Numbered from the whole stretch's first letter, positions 13,323 through 25,815 are shown. The stretch: DNA of 63,015 nucleotides, filler included, from Cercozoa sp. M6MM (GCA_040357565.1; 10 parts of 10 records of this genome joined end to end with filler, not necessarily neighbours in it), one strand, 5' to 3'. Notes: generated by a model from the letters alone, not told the origin. Translations and numbers: made by a program.

Positions 13323-13810
13323 CATGGTGCCTTTGCACAGCGAGAGCAGCAGTCGCGACCGCAGTCGACACGACGCGCGCAACGGCTACAGCGGCGCCAG
13401 TGACCGCAGGAGCGGCAGCAGTCATCCCCACACCGGCGGCGAGCCGCCTGCCTACGCACGTGCTGCGCCGCCTGCGTACGCCGCTTCGTACTACCCTACA
13501 TACGCACTACCCGCACTCTCGCCTCTCTATATTACTCTACTCTTCGCAAGCAGCTACGGACAAGCGTACTCTTCGCAAGCAGCGCCGCCGAGCATGCCGC
13601 CCTCGGCCTACGGACACGCCTATGGACAGGCCTATTCGTCACAGTCCTTGTCGCCCCCACAGGTACCGTGCCGTTTTCTCCTGGTGAGAGTGTCTACACT
13701 ATGTCGGATCTGACCCGAAGGGCCTGCCACGACACCAGCCGCCACACCAGCCGCAGCAGCAGTATGTGCCGCCTGGTGTGACGCGCTCGAGATTCGGACC
13801 TCCTAGCTAA
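9511..13810 (+). CDS. Nrd1/Seb1/SCAF4-8-like protein (CID + RRM + RS region)
   Basis: N-terminal CID (SSRRIKSLT...RLPFAFLADSIMR...KLLPVW), Q/P-rich linker, RRM (DGTLPEGKVLVLTTSLWLG...AFVKFYS...FRVNYAKGQG), RS dipeptides and a YGQ-rich tail. TAA at 13808-13810. Confidence 0.85.
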
Positions 13811-13979
13811 GTTCAGTTATTGGTCACTTGCGTTGGCTTGGTACAGACAGGGCGAGAGGAGACGGACTTGCGTTGTTATCAACCGAAATTAGTCAGTCTT
13901 CACGTCAGTTTCAGTCTCAGTTTCTGTTCTACTTTCCAGGTCCGTTCTACCTTCCGGGCCCGTTCAGGTCCGGCGCCCA

Positions 13980-14809
13980 TTAAATAAGCGGAACGTGCCG
14001 CTGCTCCGTGTCGCGAGCGCCGGCCGCCAACGGTGCGCGACAGGTCGGGCACGTGTCGCCCTTGGAGGCCCAGTCGCGCAGACAACTCTTACAGAAGATC
14101 TACAGCACAATAGGTAGCAGTGCAAAAGAGAAGGTATCGGTACATGTGAGCACTTGACGAGCGTAAGCAGCTGGTCTGGCTCGACGTCCTCGAGGCAGAT
14201 GTCGCACTCGACAAGCGAATCGTCGGTGGCATCGCTGTCCGTGCCGTCGTGGTCGTCGCTCTCGTGTCGATCGCTGTCGCTGCAGGTATCAGTCTCGGTG
14301 TCGGAGGCAGTATCCTCGTCGCTGTCGACGGCGGCGTCTGTGTCCTCGTCGCTCTCGTCACTCGAGTCGCCGCCGCTACTCCTGATCAGACGGCGAACTG
14401 CGTCCTTTAGTCGGAGGGCCATCTACACAGACACAAAGAGTCAGAAGTGTCTAACACAACGAAGGAAAGGAGGTCAAGGTACGCGTGCGCACGCGAGGTA
14501 GCTCTTCACTTCCGGTAGCTTCTTAATACGTCCGTGTAGCCATCGCAAGGCGCACCACAGGTAGACTACAAAGAGCAACACCAAGGCTTTGTTTGCAACA
14601 GCACGCACCTTGGAGGAGAGGAAGGGCATCGTACCAGTGTGCAGGTCAAAGCACGCAACGGAGACCAGGGCGCGCCGCTCGGCGGCCGGGTCGACCGCGC
14701 GGAGCCAACCAACTTCCTGCGACCTCAGCTGACTCAGCGTATCCAGCATCTACGAACACGAAAACATACACATACACATACACACACGCACACAGACACA
14801 GGCACACAG

Positions 14810-14852
<43 letters not shown>

Positions 14853-15059
14853 NNNNNNNNNNNNNNNNNNNNNNNNNNNNNNNNNNNNNNNNNNNNNNNN
14901 NNNNNNNNNNNNNNNNNNNNNNNNNNNNNNNNNNNNNNNNNNNNNNNNNNNNTCGGGCTCTCATACGCCGCTCTCGTAGGCACCGACGCAGATGCTGCGG
15001 GTCCTTCACGCTGAGTTTGTTCAAGAGGAGTCCGTCACACACGGACCGGTGCGTGCATC
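13980..15059 (-). CDS. RING-finger (C3HC4-type) protein, 5'-truncated
   Basis: Acidic linker followed by ECDICLEDVEPDQLLTLVKCSH|IFCKSCLRDWASKGDTCPTCRAPL. Confidence 0.8.
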
Positions 15060-15061
15060 TG

Positions 15062-15194
<133 letters not shown>

Positions 15195-15241
15195 TGTNNN
15201 NNNNNNNNNNNNNNNNNNNNNNNNNNNNNNNNNNNNNNNNN

Positions 15242-15253
15242 TTAATTAATTAA
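15242..15253. other. Artificial contig linker TTAATTAATTAA within N runs
   Basis: The same six-frame-stop spacer recurs at 20921, 25722, 30095, 46423, 51403, 56039, 60605 and 61760. It is an assembly concatenation artefact. Confidence 0.97.
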
Positions 15254-15297
15254 NNNNNNNNNNNNNNNNNNNNNNNNNNNNNNNNNNNNNNNNNNNN

Positions 15298-15901
15298 AAA
15301 GTGCACCTCGGGATCGCGCGGGTGCCACATGACGCAGGACACGTTGTGCGAGTGTCCGCGCAGTGTGTGCACACACGTGTACTGCGCGTCCGTGAAGCGC
15401 CACACGCGCACCTGGGGGGTAAAGGGGGGGGTAAAGGGGGGTAAAGGGGGGTAAAGGGGGGTAAAGGGGGGTAAAGGTCGACCAACGAGTAGGTGCAGGC
15501 ATGCAGCGCCACGCCTTCTTTCAAACACTGATCGAGCTCCTCCAGGTCACGCAGCTACCTCGCGGGGGGGGGGGGGTAAATGGGGGTGATGATGTATATG
15601 CGTGTAGAAAAAAGAGCAAAGGGACGGGGGTAAAGAGGGGGGTAAATGGAAGTAAGGGGTAAAACACGCCTACCTCGTCGACATAGTTCTGCGGCAGTCG
15701 CGGCAGACCGGCCGCCAACTCAGGCAGCGAGGCATCAATGCCCTGTCCATTTAGGGGGTCAGTTTGTACAATTGGACAGTCCATATGGACAGAACTAGAC
15801 TGTACCAGTTGGTGTGCCAAATCATCGCAACTCAGAGCGACGCCTTGTGCCGCCAGACCCGAGACCTGTCCATACACTTTGGTTGAAGGCTTGTAGCCAC
15901 C
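15298..15901 (-). CDS. WD40-repeat protein fragment, 3'-truncated
   Basis: Exon VRVWRFTDAQYTCVHTLRGHSHNVSCVMWHPRDPEVHF fits the WD40 GH pattern. Upstream exons include LPRLPQNYVDE|LRDLEELDQCL. Confidence 0.6.
15414..15476 (-). repeat. Intronic (TTTACCCCCC)n array, representative of many in the window
   Basis: About six near-perfect GGGGGGTAAA units on the + strand, C-rich on the host gene's sense strand. Confidence 0.9.
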
Positions 15902-16274
15902 CTAGCAAACTGCTGTACTGTGGCTGCGCCTTCTAGACCGCTGCGTTTCTCCAGTTGGGCTACTTGAGGTGCCACCTGTAGCAACAGACCACACACACAC
16001 ACACACACGCGCAAAACAATGTCAAAACCTCCTCTCGAGGGTGACCATCAATGCGAGCAGCAAGCGAAGAACAGAAAAGCAACGAATATGTGGTCAAACT
16101 GACATCGAGGTGGCCTGTATTGGCCTGGGTGCAGGCCTCGTTCATGTGTGCACACCGTCACGGACGACGCTTACACTCAATACTGATTGTAAAACCCTCA
16201 GCGATTGTGATCGGACAGCTGGCTACAAATTGAATCGCGTCTAACCGAACATAGACTAATGGTGCAGTGTACTG

Positions 16275-17556
16275 ATGTGGTACTACTCATTGTGTGTAAT
16301 TATTGCCGTCGTGTACTTCTGGTACACGCGAAGACGGAGAACGGTGCAGTGACCCAGGTGTATTTTGTTCGGTCATTTCCTTGATTGACAGGTCCGCGCG
16401 GATGAGGTCATCGTAATCACCGGCTGCGACACCGGTCTGGGTTTTCAGCTAGCACTCATGTGTGCACGTGCTGGATACACAGTGCTGGCGGCGCACTATG
16501 CGGCCGAGGCACCGCGTGTGCTGCTTCGCGCGGACAGAATCGATGTCGTCCGCGCGGACGTGACGTCTCAGAATGATCTGATCGATCTGAAAAAACACGT
16601 GCAGGAGCGTTACCCACAGGGCATATTCGCCATCATTAACGTAAATACACACACGTGCTTAGTGACTAGTGAGTGGCACGTGTTCTGGCAGAATGCCGGT
16701 GTGGCCGACGGTTTCCTGACGGTGCGAACGCCGGTCGAAACCTGGCGACGCGTGTTCGAGGTTAACTGCTTCGGCGCCATGCAGGTTTCTTTCTGCCTAA
16801 TCTCCATGCTTCTAGGGTAGAGTGTTCTCCGTGCTGGACACAGGTGGTGCGACACCTGCTGCCGCAGCTGCGCGAGCGCGGTCGCATCGTGCAGGTGTCG
16901 TCCTTTCTGTCCCGGCAGCCATTGTTTGCCAGTGGGACTTACAGTGCCAGCAAGGCCGCTTTGGACGCTGCCTCGGACGCTCTGCGTTTGGAACTGGGTA
17001 TTAATATAAATATAGAGGCTTCTTAGGATGTTCTAATCTGGCTATAGCCATGCAAGGCTACAGCACTCGAGTCTGTGTGGCACATTTGGGCGTCATGAAA
17101 ACTGCTCTGCAGTCGCACGCCTGTGCTGCCTTGTCCTCACACAATACAGGTATCCGTACTCACTAATTGCTTGTAGTTGCTAGTGCTCTCTATTGTCACG
17201 AGACAGAGAAGGAGTGGGTCACTGTGTTGGAACAAGTGTCACGAGTTCTCGGTCTGCTGAGTCGACCGTACCTTGTGCCTCCTGTCTAGTGTGAATGTTA
17301 GAAGCCGTTAGCATGTTTGCAGAGCGAGGACACACGCCGAGACACTCGTGCATCGCTGTCTGCTGTCGCATCGCATGCCTTCGCGGGTCACCGTACTCTT
17401 TCCTCCCTCACAAGGGTTTCAATAGTGCGACTGACGACCGAATCTGTCTGCTAGGTTGGCTTGGATGCACGACTTATCAATGCACTCAGATGGACTCTCG
17501 GCGAAGCCTTCATCCGACATGGTTTTAAGATTGTCTGCCTCTTGATGAAACCATGA
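16275..17556 (+). CDS. Short-chain dehydrogenase/reductase (RDH/17beta-HSD-like) with N-terminal membrane anchor
   Basis: MWYYSLCVIIAVVYFWY, VITGCDTGLG, IIN|NAGV, VFEVNCFG, GRIVQVSS and the catalytic YSASK motif. Confidence 0.88.
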
Positions 17557-18011
17557 TACTTCAAACGTAACAATATCAATGCACAGTATGCCGCGTGGTT
17601 TATCCGCTCCCGCCTCGTCCGCTATCTGTTGTGTTTCGGGCCATTCGGCGCATTCTGGCTCGTCTCTCTTAGTCGCCAGCCGCAAGACAAGACAGTACTG
17701 CGTTCCTACGACGGGCTTCGGTGGCGGGGGGCGGGTCATAACCTCAATATTTGTCACCGGCTGCTTTCACTCATGTCACGGTTTAGTTAAACGCGTCGGT
17801 CAGCAATTTCAGACACACTATCATGTGGGCGTCTAACTTTCCAGTTTGTTTAACATTTCCAGTTCGTGCGAATGCGAAGGCAAACTTGCAAGCTCTCACT
17901 GTGGTAGAATGCACGTCCATAATCGAATTTGGGATCAACCGAGTCGATGTATGATAGCGCTTCTCAAGCTCCAAATAGGCCGCCCAAAGAAGGGGTGAGT
18001 TCGATACAGTA

Positions 18012-20302
18012 TCAACTGTTTACATCAGCGTCGTGAGAATCCTTCGCCAGCAAGATGTGCAGGACAGCAGCATCGTCGACGCACACGCCGGTGCTGTCGT
18101 TGCTGTAAACGAACGAGGCCACCAGAGCCGAAATTTCGAGAGCTGCCTTCGACGTCAACTGATCACATGCAATCAACTCTTCGCACCTTGACACGTACAG
18201 GCAAATGTACGCAGTCCGCGATAGTAGAAGCGACTTCCACAGCGTCTTCCAGCAGTTCACCGCGGAGCTGCTCATTTCTGCGCAGGACCGACATTATTCA
18301 CATCCGTGCGGACGATCAGATTGACTGCTGAGCGTACACAACGGGAGCGTCCACACGCAGTTCGTTTTCACGAATAAGAAATCTCGCGATACTACGCTTC
18401 CTTGATGCAAGGAGCGTCATAAGAGACATGTAGGGAGACGAGGTACTCATTGGAACAGCTTCGAAGTAATTCAGCAGCTCTGCTTTCTCGCTCTTCGTTT
18501 GGTACTGCAGGAAACCCAATCAGTGACAGATTCGCTCAGGAGGGTGCGATCAACATCACGATCCACTGAGAGAAGTAACCGCTGTCGTGAAAGAGTGGTG
18601 CGCCCAGATTCAGAAAGAGTTCAATCAGCTCTTTTAACTCAAGCTGAGCCGCATCAACTGAAACCAAACGAAAAAGTGTGAGTTTGCAGCTCTACAAAAC
18701 TTGTGTGCAAGACATACACAGAAGCGAGTTGTTGTGAAACCACGTATTCAAATCAAAGAATGGTGCGCATCGACGCAAGAGTACCCGCGTGGTCAGCACC
18801 AGACGGTTTCGAACGCATTGACACCTGCAAGGTGCGATCTACATCAAGATTGGTTAGAAGCAACGCAGCATAAAACATACACAGAGCGACCGAGGGTCCA
18901 TTCGCGAATTCTGCTCAATTGTCTCATTTCGTCCTGCTCCTTCAGTTTGTCAAACAGAAGCTCTGCACACTGATGGGCATGGGTGAACGCATTTAACAAG
19001 ACGTACACCGAAACGGTACCAACACACGCAGCGTTGAGTCTATCGTGCTTGGCGTTCGTGTTGCAAAGGTAATCCAACGCGTTGAGCTGCTCAAACAAGA
19101 TCATAAAAACTGGCGTAGGACACTTTGATTGAAAAGTAAACACTTGTGGTACCCCATCAGTGTCTTTGGTGCAAGGATGAACTTCAAAATGACGGGGCAT
19201 TGTGCTGAGTGTGCATGAGTCTATCCTTCTACCAGCCTGGGGCAGCAAAAGAAAGAGTGACATGTACCACAGCAAGCGACACAGTTCAAACGAAGGCTTG
19301 CGGCAGTGTTTACAATGTTCCAGAAGCACGGGTGTCAAGTCAAAGTCACTGCCGCCGTGTCGCAGTGCAAAGTGGCGCAGCATAATGCACACGGCGTCAG
19401 GAATTCGTCTCGCACAGCGCGCCAGCAGATTTACCCACGCTCCTGTGCAGTCTATTTCAAGACCCAGATCGAGCAAGCGTTGCACGCACAGACTAGCTTG
19501 ACGTTCGGTGCCGAGTAAGAGACACCTCTGTAGCCACAGACTTGACGCACCCTCGCTTCGGTCCATGTGCTATAAAGCACGCTTCCATATTGATACACTC
19601 GTGAGTCGACAGATACGCCAACAACCTACCGATGTTAACAAGTGAAGCATTGGGTAGTTGCATCCATTGCACGCTAGCTTGATGGTGTTGTGCGGCACTG
19701 TGTACGCCCTAAGACACGCACATGATACCAGATACCAGGGTTGCAAACAATCAATAAGTGCGGCTGGAGGTACCCTTCAACGAACTCATGAATTTCAATC
19801 AAACATTGGGCAATTTGAACGTTTCCTAAGCCTACACTTTAAACTCTCTGTCAATAACACAAGGCAAACGAACGAGCTTACGCACAGCGTGCCATAGCGG
19901 TGTATCAATCCTGAGAAACTTGTGCATTTTGGTCTTGTCCGCTTGTAAAATCCTCTGCTTTAGCAGCTCTGCGCTTAGTGTCATTTTGAGCAACTTCACG
20001 CATACAAACAGTTGGATAAGTTGATACCAACGACTTCGAGATGCCCATTCCGGCATGCCATCGCTACGCAGCAACAGTTTTTTCAGTCATAGGGATAGGT
20101 GCCGCGGTGTACAGAGAGCGGTGCGCTGCTCGTTGCTTGGTGTTCGGTCAATGGCATCAAAAGGCACTCCTGCTTGCAGACACGCCAGAACAGCAGCAGT
20201 GTGACCTACAATGAGACCATATGATAAAAATAAAACGCAGCACCATAGCACAGAAACCAACGCACCTCGAGCCGCAGCTGTCACGTATTGATATAATGAC
20301 AT
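18012..20302 (-). CDS. Divergent ankyrin-repeat protein
   Basis: MSLYQYVTAAARG|HTAAVLACLQAGVPFDAIDR...RTAL, and IARFLIRENELRVDAP. Internal exon structure only partly resolved. Confidence 0.5.
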
Positions 20303-20439
20303 AACTCGAGTCTGCTAAAGCGAGAATGACAGCAACTGAGGCAGTCCTCTGCAGCTGGTTTTGATCCAACTTGTAGCCGCATTTGTGAGCTAACAGTACA
20401 AAGTCAAGATGCACTTTTCGGTGTTTGATAAGTTATTAG

Positions 20440-20801
20440 ATGCGTATGGAGAAGGTTGTTTTGTTTGTTGGCACAGACAAAGGTATGTATTGTGTGGTAT
20501 TTTCCCGACGGCGAGGGCTCGCATGTACCCACGCGGACAGGTCAGCGTGCGGCACTGTGGTACCCAGCCGACGACGTAACTGACAGAGAGGATGGTCTTG
20601 TCGAGGATAAGGTAGCACGTTGCGTCCACTGCAGGTTGCAGAGACTGTAGCATGCTGCTCAGAGCGAGCAAGACACAGACGAGGACGACGAGGACGAGAG
20701 CGAAACGGCACAGGGACCCTTCGCGCTGCGTTCGCGCGACGAAGACGTTTTGTTGCAGCGATTGCAGGCTAGAGGGTCTACGTACCCCAATTTTCAGCAC
20801 T
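20440..20801 (+). CDS. 5' end of a hypothetical protein, possibly NPRL3/Npr3-like
   Basis: MRMEKVVLFVGTDKG|QRAALWYP loosely resembles the NPRL3 N-terminus (VILVSSGSRGNKLLFRYP), followed by an acidic insert. Truncated by a gap. Confidence 0.35.
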
Positions 20802-20812
20802 GTCTGGGTGTC

Positions 20813-20876
<64 letters not shown>

Positions 20877-21033
20877 NNNNNNNNNNNNNNNNNNNNNNNN
20901 NNNNNNNNNNNNNNNNNNNNTTAATTAATTAANNNNNNNNNNNNNNNNNNNNNNNNNNNNNNNNNNNNNNNNNNNNCACACACACACACACATACATACA
21001 CAAGGCAGTAGACACATAAACAGTCTCCTTTAA

Positions 21034-21251
21034 CGTACAACCACAGTCCGCGACTGTCCCGACCGACTGCACATTCCTACAGACACATATGGTATGCACC
21101 CCCTTATACCCCCTCCCCCCCCAACAGACCCTACCAGTAAGAGCGACTCGTAGTCCGGCAGCACTGCACGTCGAGCGCTCACTTTGCGTCGAATCTGCTC
21201 ATACGAGAAGTGCTTCAGCTTTTTCTGCGGCTGCTGCGACTGCTGCGACAT
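21034..21251 (-). CDS. 5' end of a hypothetical protein
   Basis: MSQQSQQPQKKLKHFSYEQIRRKV..., divergent from U2AF35 and truncated at the contig end. Confidence 0.35.
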
Positions 21252-21524
21252 GCCCGAGGTGTCACTCCTGGGCACCCAATAAAAACCAACAAACGGTCCA
21301 TTCTGAGTTGCTATTCTTATAGACACAAGGACTATACGATCATACCACAGTCAACACACCCGCAACTTTTGGTGTGCATGCACCTGCACTGACCCCAACT
21401 TCGTTGTGACGTTGGCAATTTATTTAATCTTTGGTCCTCATCTGGCCACCGGCGGTTCGAAGACCAGCTTTTGCGGCGCCAGGGATGACAGAGGCATCCA
21501 GTTTACTTCTCTGGATCACTTAAG

Positions 21525-23367
21525 ATGGTACGTGGTGTTAGATAGGCCGCAGACACGATTTTGTTTTGTTTTTTGTTGTGGAGTGTTGGTGTGTGTGTGC
21601 TCAGAGTCGCCGTGGCTACCAATTCGCCTCGGAGGATGACCGGTTCAACTGCAAGTTCTACTTTAAGATCGGTGCATGCCGGCACGGTGATCGGTAGGCT
21701 AGGCCTCAATTTGGTCGTGTGTGTTTGCTGAGTTTGTGTGGTGCAGTTGCTCGCGCCAGCACATTCGCCCGGTGCTGTCGGCGACGCTGATGATCCCAAA
21801 CCTGTACCTGCCGCCGGCTGCCGAGCTGCCTGTATATTGAGAAATTTAGCTCCCCCCCCCCCCCTTCAACCCCCTTCATCCTTGTCCCTGGGCAGACTGG
21901 CGGTCGTCTGAGCTCGCAGGATTTGCAGGAGCACTTTGAGGACTTCTACGAGGACATCTATGACGAGGTAGGCAGTAACTCTGACCCGTGTGTGCATCCG
22001 CGCAAATGCAGGTGAGTGTGTCTGCACAGGTCAAAAAGTACGGCAAGGTGATCGAACTCGTCGTGCTGCAGAACCTCGGTGATCACATGTTCGGCAACAC
22101 GTATGTTTCCCCTTCCCCTTTTCTCCCCTTTACTTCCTCTATCCCTTTGTGGATAATGCAGCTACATTAAGTTCGCCGAAGAAGAGGCTGCACGTGCCTG
22201 CATGCAGGTGTGTCCCCCCCCCCCCGCACCCATGGACATGGATATGGATGTGTGTGCAGGCCATCAACGGGCGCTACTACTGCGGTCGCCAGATTCAGGT
22301 AGTTTTACCCCCCCTCTTACCCCACATCTTTATCCCCTCTCGCAGTCGACATTCAATCCGGTGGCGTCCTTCCGCGACGCCAGGTGCAAGAGCTTCGAGC
22401 AGCACGGCCAGTGTCAGCGAGGTGGCTACTGCAACTTCATGCACCTGCGACGTACCCTTCCTGTCTCTGTCCTGTGTACACATGTGTGTGTGCATCTGTA
22501 CATATGTCCACATGTCCACGTTTTACTGTTTATATCAATGTCCATATCTGCAAAGGTGCGCCGCGTTGGATCGAACGCAAAATCCGCGAGAATCGCGAAC
22601 GCGCCATTCGTGACGCTCGTAGAGGTACACAGGGGGTAAAGGGGGTAAGGGGGTAAGGGGATAGGGGTAAAACACACTGTGCCTGTGCAGCTGCGCATCG
22701 CGATGTGCCGGCCTACTACTTCACGCAGCGAACCAGTAGTCCCGCCTTGTCCATTCCTCCCGTCCATCTGGACGCACACATACCCCCTCTATGTGTGTTG
22801 CAGCGTCGCCCGAGCGTCGCAGAACTGTCGCCAGATGGAACAGGGTTCTTACCCCCTACCCCTTTACCCCCTTGCCTCCTTTTTACCCCCCCCCCCCCCC
22901 CTGTAGGATTTGGAAGACCGCGAGCGACGTCACCGCGAGCGCGATCCCGAAGGCTACGAGCGCGAGCAGGCGGAGTAACTGCCCCTCTTTACCCCCTACC
23001 CATCTACCCCCCTTCTTACCCTCCCCCTCCTCCACGCAGGAAGCAGGCGCGTCGTGAACAGATGAGTACGGTCGGAATGGTTGCACCAAGTACACTTTCC
23101 TTTTGTCCATGCGTGCATTAGGACCGTCGATTTGCTACGTGTCGCAGTGGACACGTCGTCCGAGATGGCCAAGGAGAACAACTACGACGCCTCGGCACTC
23201 GACAATAGTGTTACGGTACGCGGTCTGTCTTGTCCTCACCCCTTTACCCCCCCCCCCCCCCCCCCCCCCCGCAGGGCGGCCGCGGCCAGATGGGCTACGC
23301 GAGTGGCTCGCATTACCCGGTGGCACGTGTGTCGGCGCCGCAGGTCTCCTCGGCCGGCGGTCGCTGA
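21525..23367 (+). CDS. U2AF1: Splicing factor U2AF small subunit (U2AF35)
   Basis: 14 GT-AG introns. [22 protein letters not shown] ([14 protein letters not shown]...[14 protein letters not shown]), second finger [21 protein letters not shown] and an [13 protein letters not shown] motif. Confidence 0.95.
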
Positions 23368-23643
23368 GCGTGAGTCCAGACCCCCAGTCCAAACGGACCG
23401 CCTAAGCGATCTCGTCATCATTACTCCCGGCCCATTCAGTCCACTCAGACACCGACAATGTAGTTCCCTTGTGCAAGTCCGTCAGGCAGTCAGTTGAGTG
23501 AATGGAATAATAACTGACTGAACGGAACCAGAACGGAGCAACTCCAGACGCGGACGGATGATAGCGATGCGTCGGATGACCGGGCCTCTCAGAACAAAGT
23601 GCAGTTGTTGCACCCAACGGAATTTGTGCAAGAGCGACTCCAG

Positions 23644-24078
23644 TTACATGACTGTTGGCGCACAACACACGTACACACATCAAAGGTCAAGACAGAGCCA
23701 AAGACAGAGGGTAAAGTCAGAGAGACATGGTCTGCAATGTTCTGGTGTACCGTTACAGCAGCCGCCAGTGCCAATAGGTTGCGTCCACTCGTTCTCCTGC
23801 TGCAACGGGTCCGTGCGGCCCGACAGCGTCTGTGCACGAAGTTTCAGTTGGACTGGTGGCTACTTTGGGCACTGGAGACATCACATAGCTTGGCTCTACC
23901 TTGATGAGGGCGGCAGCCGAATCCTCCGGGGCCTCGGCCTATTAAAATAAGAGAGCGAATAAAGGAATTATGTGTGCATGGGGAGGGGGGAGAAAGGAGC
24001 AACCTTCTCGAGGGCAGCAAGCTCCTCAACGAGCGCGTCACGCTCGGCTTCGGCCATGGCAAGCTGGGCTTCCGACAT
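23644..24078 (-). CDS. Heterotrimeric G-protein gamma subunit
   Basis: Four exons give MSEAQLAMAEAERDALVEELAALEK|AEAPEDSAAALIK|TLSGRTDPLQQENEWTQPIGTGGCCN|VM*: N-terminal coiled coil, DPL motif and CaaX box CNVM. Confidence 0.85.
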
Positions 24079-24497
24079 TTCTGTGCGTCTGTGTGTTTCT
24101 AATGTGTGGGTGTGTGCCTCTGGATGTCGAGAGCACCTGTGATTTGCCGGTCCTGTGGCTGTGTGATCGAAAGATAAACATACAGATGCATGAGGACTAA
24201 ACGCGGAAGAAAGGAAGGAAGAAGAGACAAACGCTTCGAGAAACTGTCAAGAAAAGCTGACCACACTTAAAACAAAAAACTGCACAGCCCACGTGCACAA
24301 CGCCTCGGGTGTGGCAACCCGGTGATACTCTCACAAAAGTCTAGGTGTACCTCTGCAAACCAACACGGGGTCAGATTTGAGTCGAGTGGGTGCTTTGAGG
24401 GTTTTCTAACACGCTGTTAAGGGGGCTGCGAACCAGCACACAGCCATGTTGTTGCTGAATAACAGCTCGCACGTGCCGAGATTGAGTGAATTATTGC

Positions 24498-25594
24498 ATG
24501 AAACGGCTTTGGGCGGCACTGACCGGCCTGCTAAGCTGCGCTAATGGCACGATCGACATTCCATTGCGATGGTCGGTCACCAAAACAATCTGCACTGCAA
24601 CGTTGAGATAGCCATGAGTTTGTGAGACCTTACAGTACCTCCTGTGTTAGCAGGTCCAGTACCGGTCGACACATGACGTTTAGTGCATCGGTTGGCAATG
24701 TTCCAGATGCTCAGCTTGTGTTGGATACGGGTAGGAGTCATTATTACTATACCCGCCCCCCGGTATGGTAGTCTGTCCTGTAGGCAGTAGTGGCGGCGCT
24801 GTGGTGTTGCAGGAGGCTTGCGACAGAAACACGCACTCGCACTGCGTGCAATTGGACAACTTTGCCGACAGGTAGGATCCTCGTATATCTTATATACATA
24901 TACACATATATATATATATATATGTATTTAGTATGGATATGTATGTATCCCACGCAGAGTGGTGTCAGCAAGGACGCTGTGTGGTTCGGGTGTTTCCGAT
25001 CCTCCCCGTGGCTATGGTACCCGTGTGTGTACACAATTCTGTCCGAGTTGTACACACTGTACATGCACATAGTCGTGCCACTCAAGTCCAGCACTCCCGT
25101 GGTGTCATCGAGCGAGGCGTGTACTTCTACCCCCTACACCACCTCCCTCTACTCCTATCCCCCCATCCCCAGCTGCAAGCGAGTGCTGCCAGCGGTGTCA
25201 GCGCGACGCGCAGTGCGGCGCCTTTCGACAGACGAGCGACGGCGTGTGTCGGCGCTACCACACGGCCGGACAGGTGGACACCTCGGTGTACCTGGAGGGA
25301 CAGACACCGCCCGCCTTGGAGGCCATGTCGCTTTCACAGTGGGCCCTTATCGTCGACGAGGAGTCGGTGCCTCTCTTACCCCCAACTTACCCCCCGCCTT
25401 ACTCCATCTTACCCCCCCCCCCCCCCCCCCGCCCCACCCCCGCCTTACCCCCACTTCTCTTGTTGCACGCAGGTGCTGTCACTGAGTGCACACCCAGTGT
25501 CACGTGTGCCGGTCAGAGTGACCACAGTGGACTCGAATGACGGTGCGAGAAACGCCTCCTTGCACGTTTCTGTCAGTGCTGTCACTCACCTCTA
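24498..25594 (+). CDS. Secreted pepsin-like aspartic protease, 3'-truncated and divergent
   Basis: Signal peptide MKRLWAALTGLLSCANG, then IPLRW|SSTGRHMTFSASVGNVPDAQLVLDTGSS containing the first catalytic DTG motif. Confidence 0.55.
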
Positions 25595-25815
25595 CGTACC
25601 TCTTGTCTTTTCCGGGGGGGGGTCTTTTCCGGGGGGGGTAATCAAAGGGGAGGGGGTTAAATGGGTTAAATGGGGGGNNNNNNNNNNNNNNNNNNNNNNN
25701 NNNNNNNNNNNNNNNNNNNNNTTAATTAATTAANNNNNNNNNNNNNNNNNNNNNNNNNNNNNNNNNNNNNNNNNNNNCAGCTTATCCCCCTTTCCCCCCC
25801 CCCCCCCTCTTGTAG

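Noticed and set aside
17975-18035. Programmed frameshift in an apparent ankyrin motif (ADVNS* / VDTVSNSPLLWAA)
   Set aside because: The TGA at 18012 is a plausible natural terminus, and an alternative AG acceptor could also explain the frame. There is no slippery-site or stimulator evidence.
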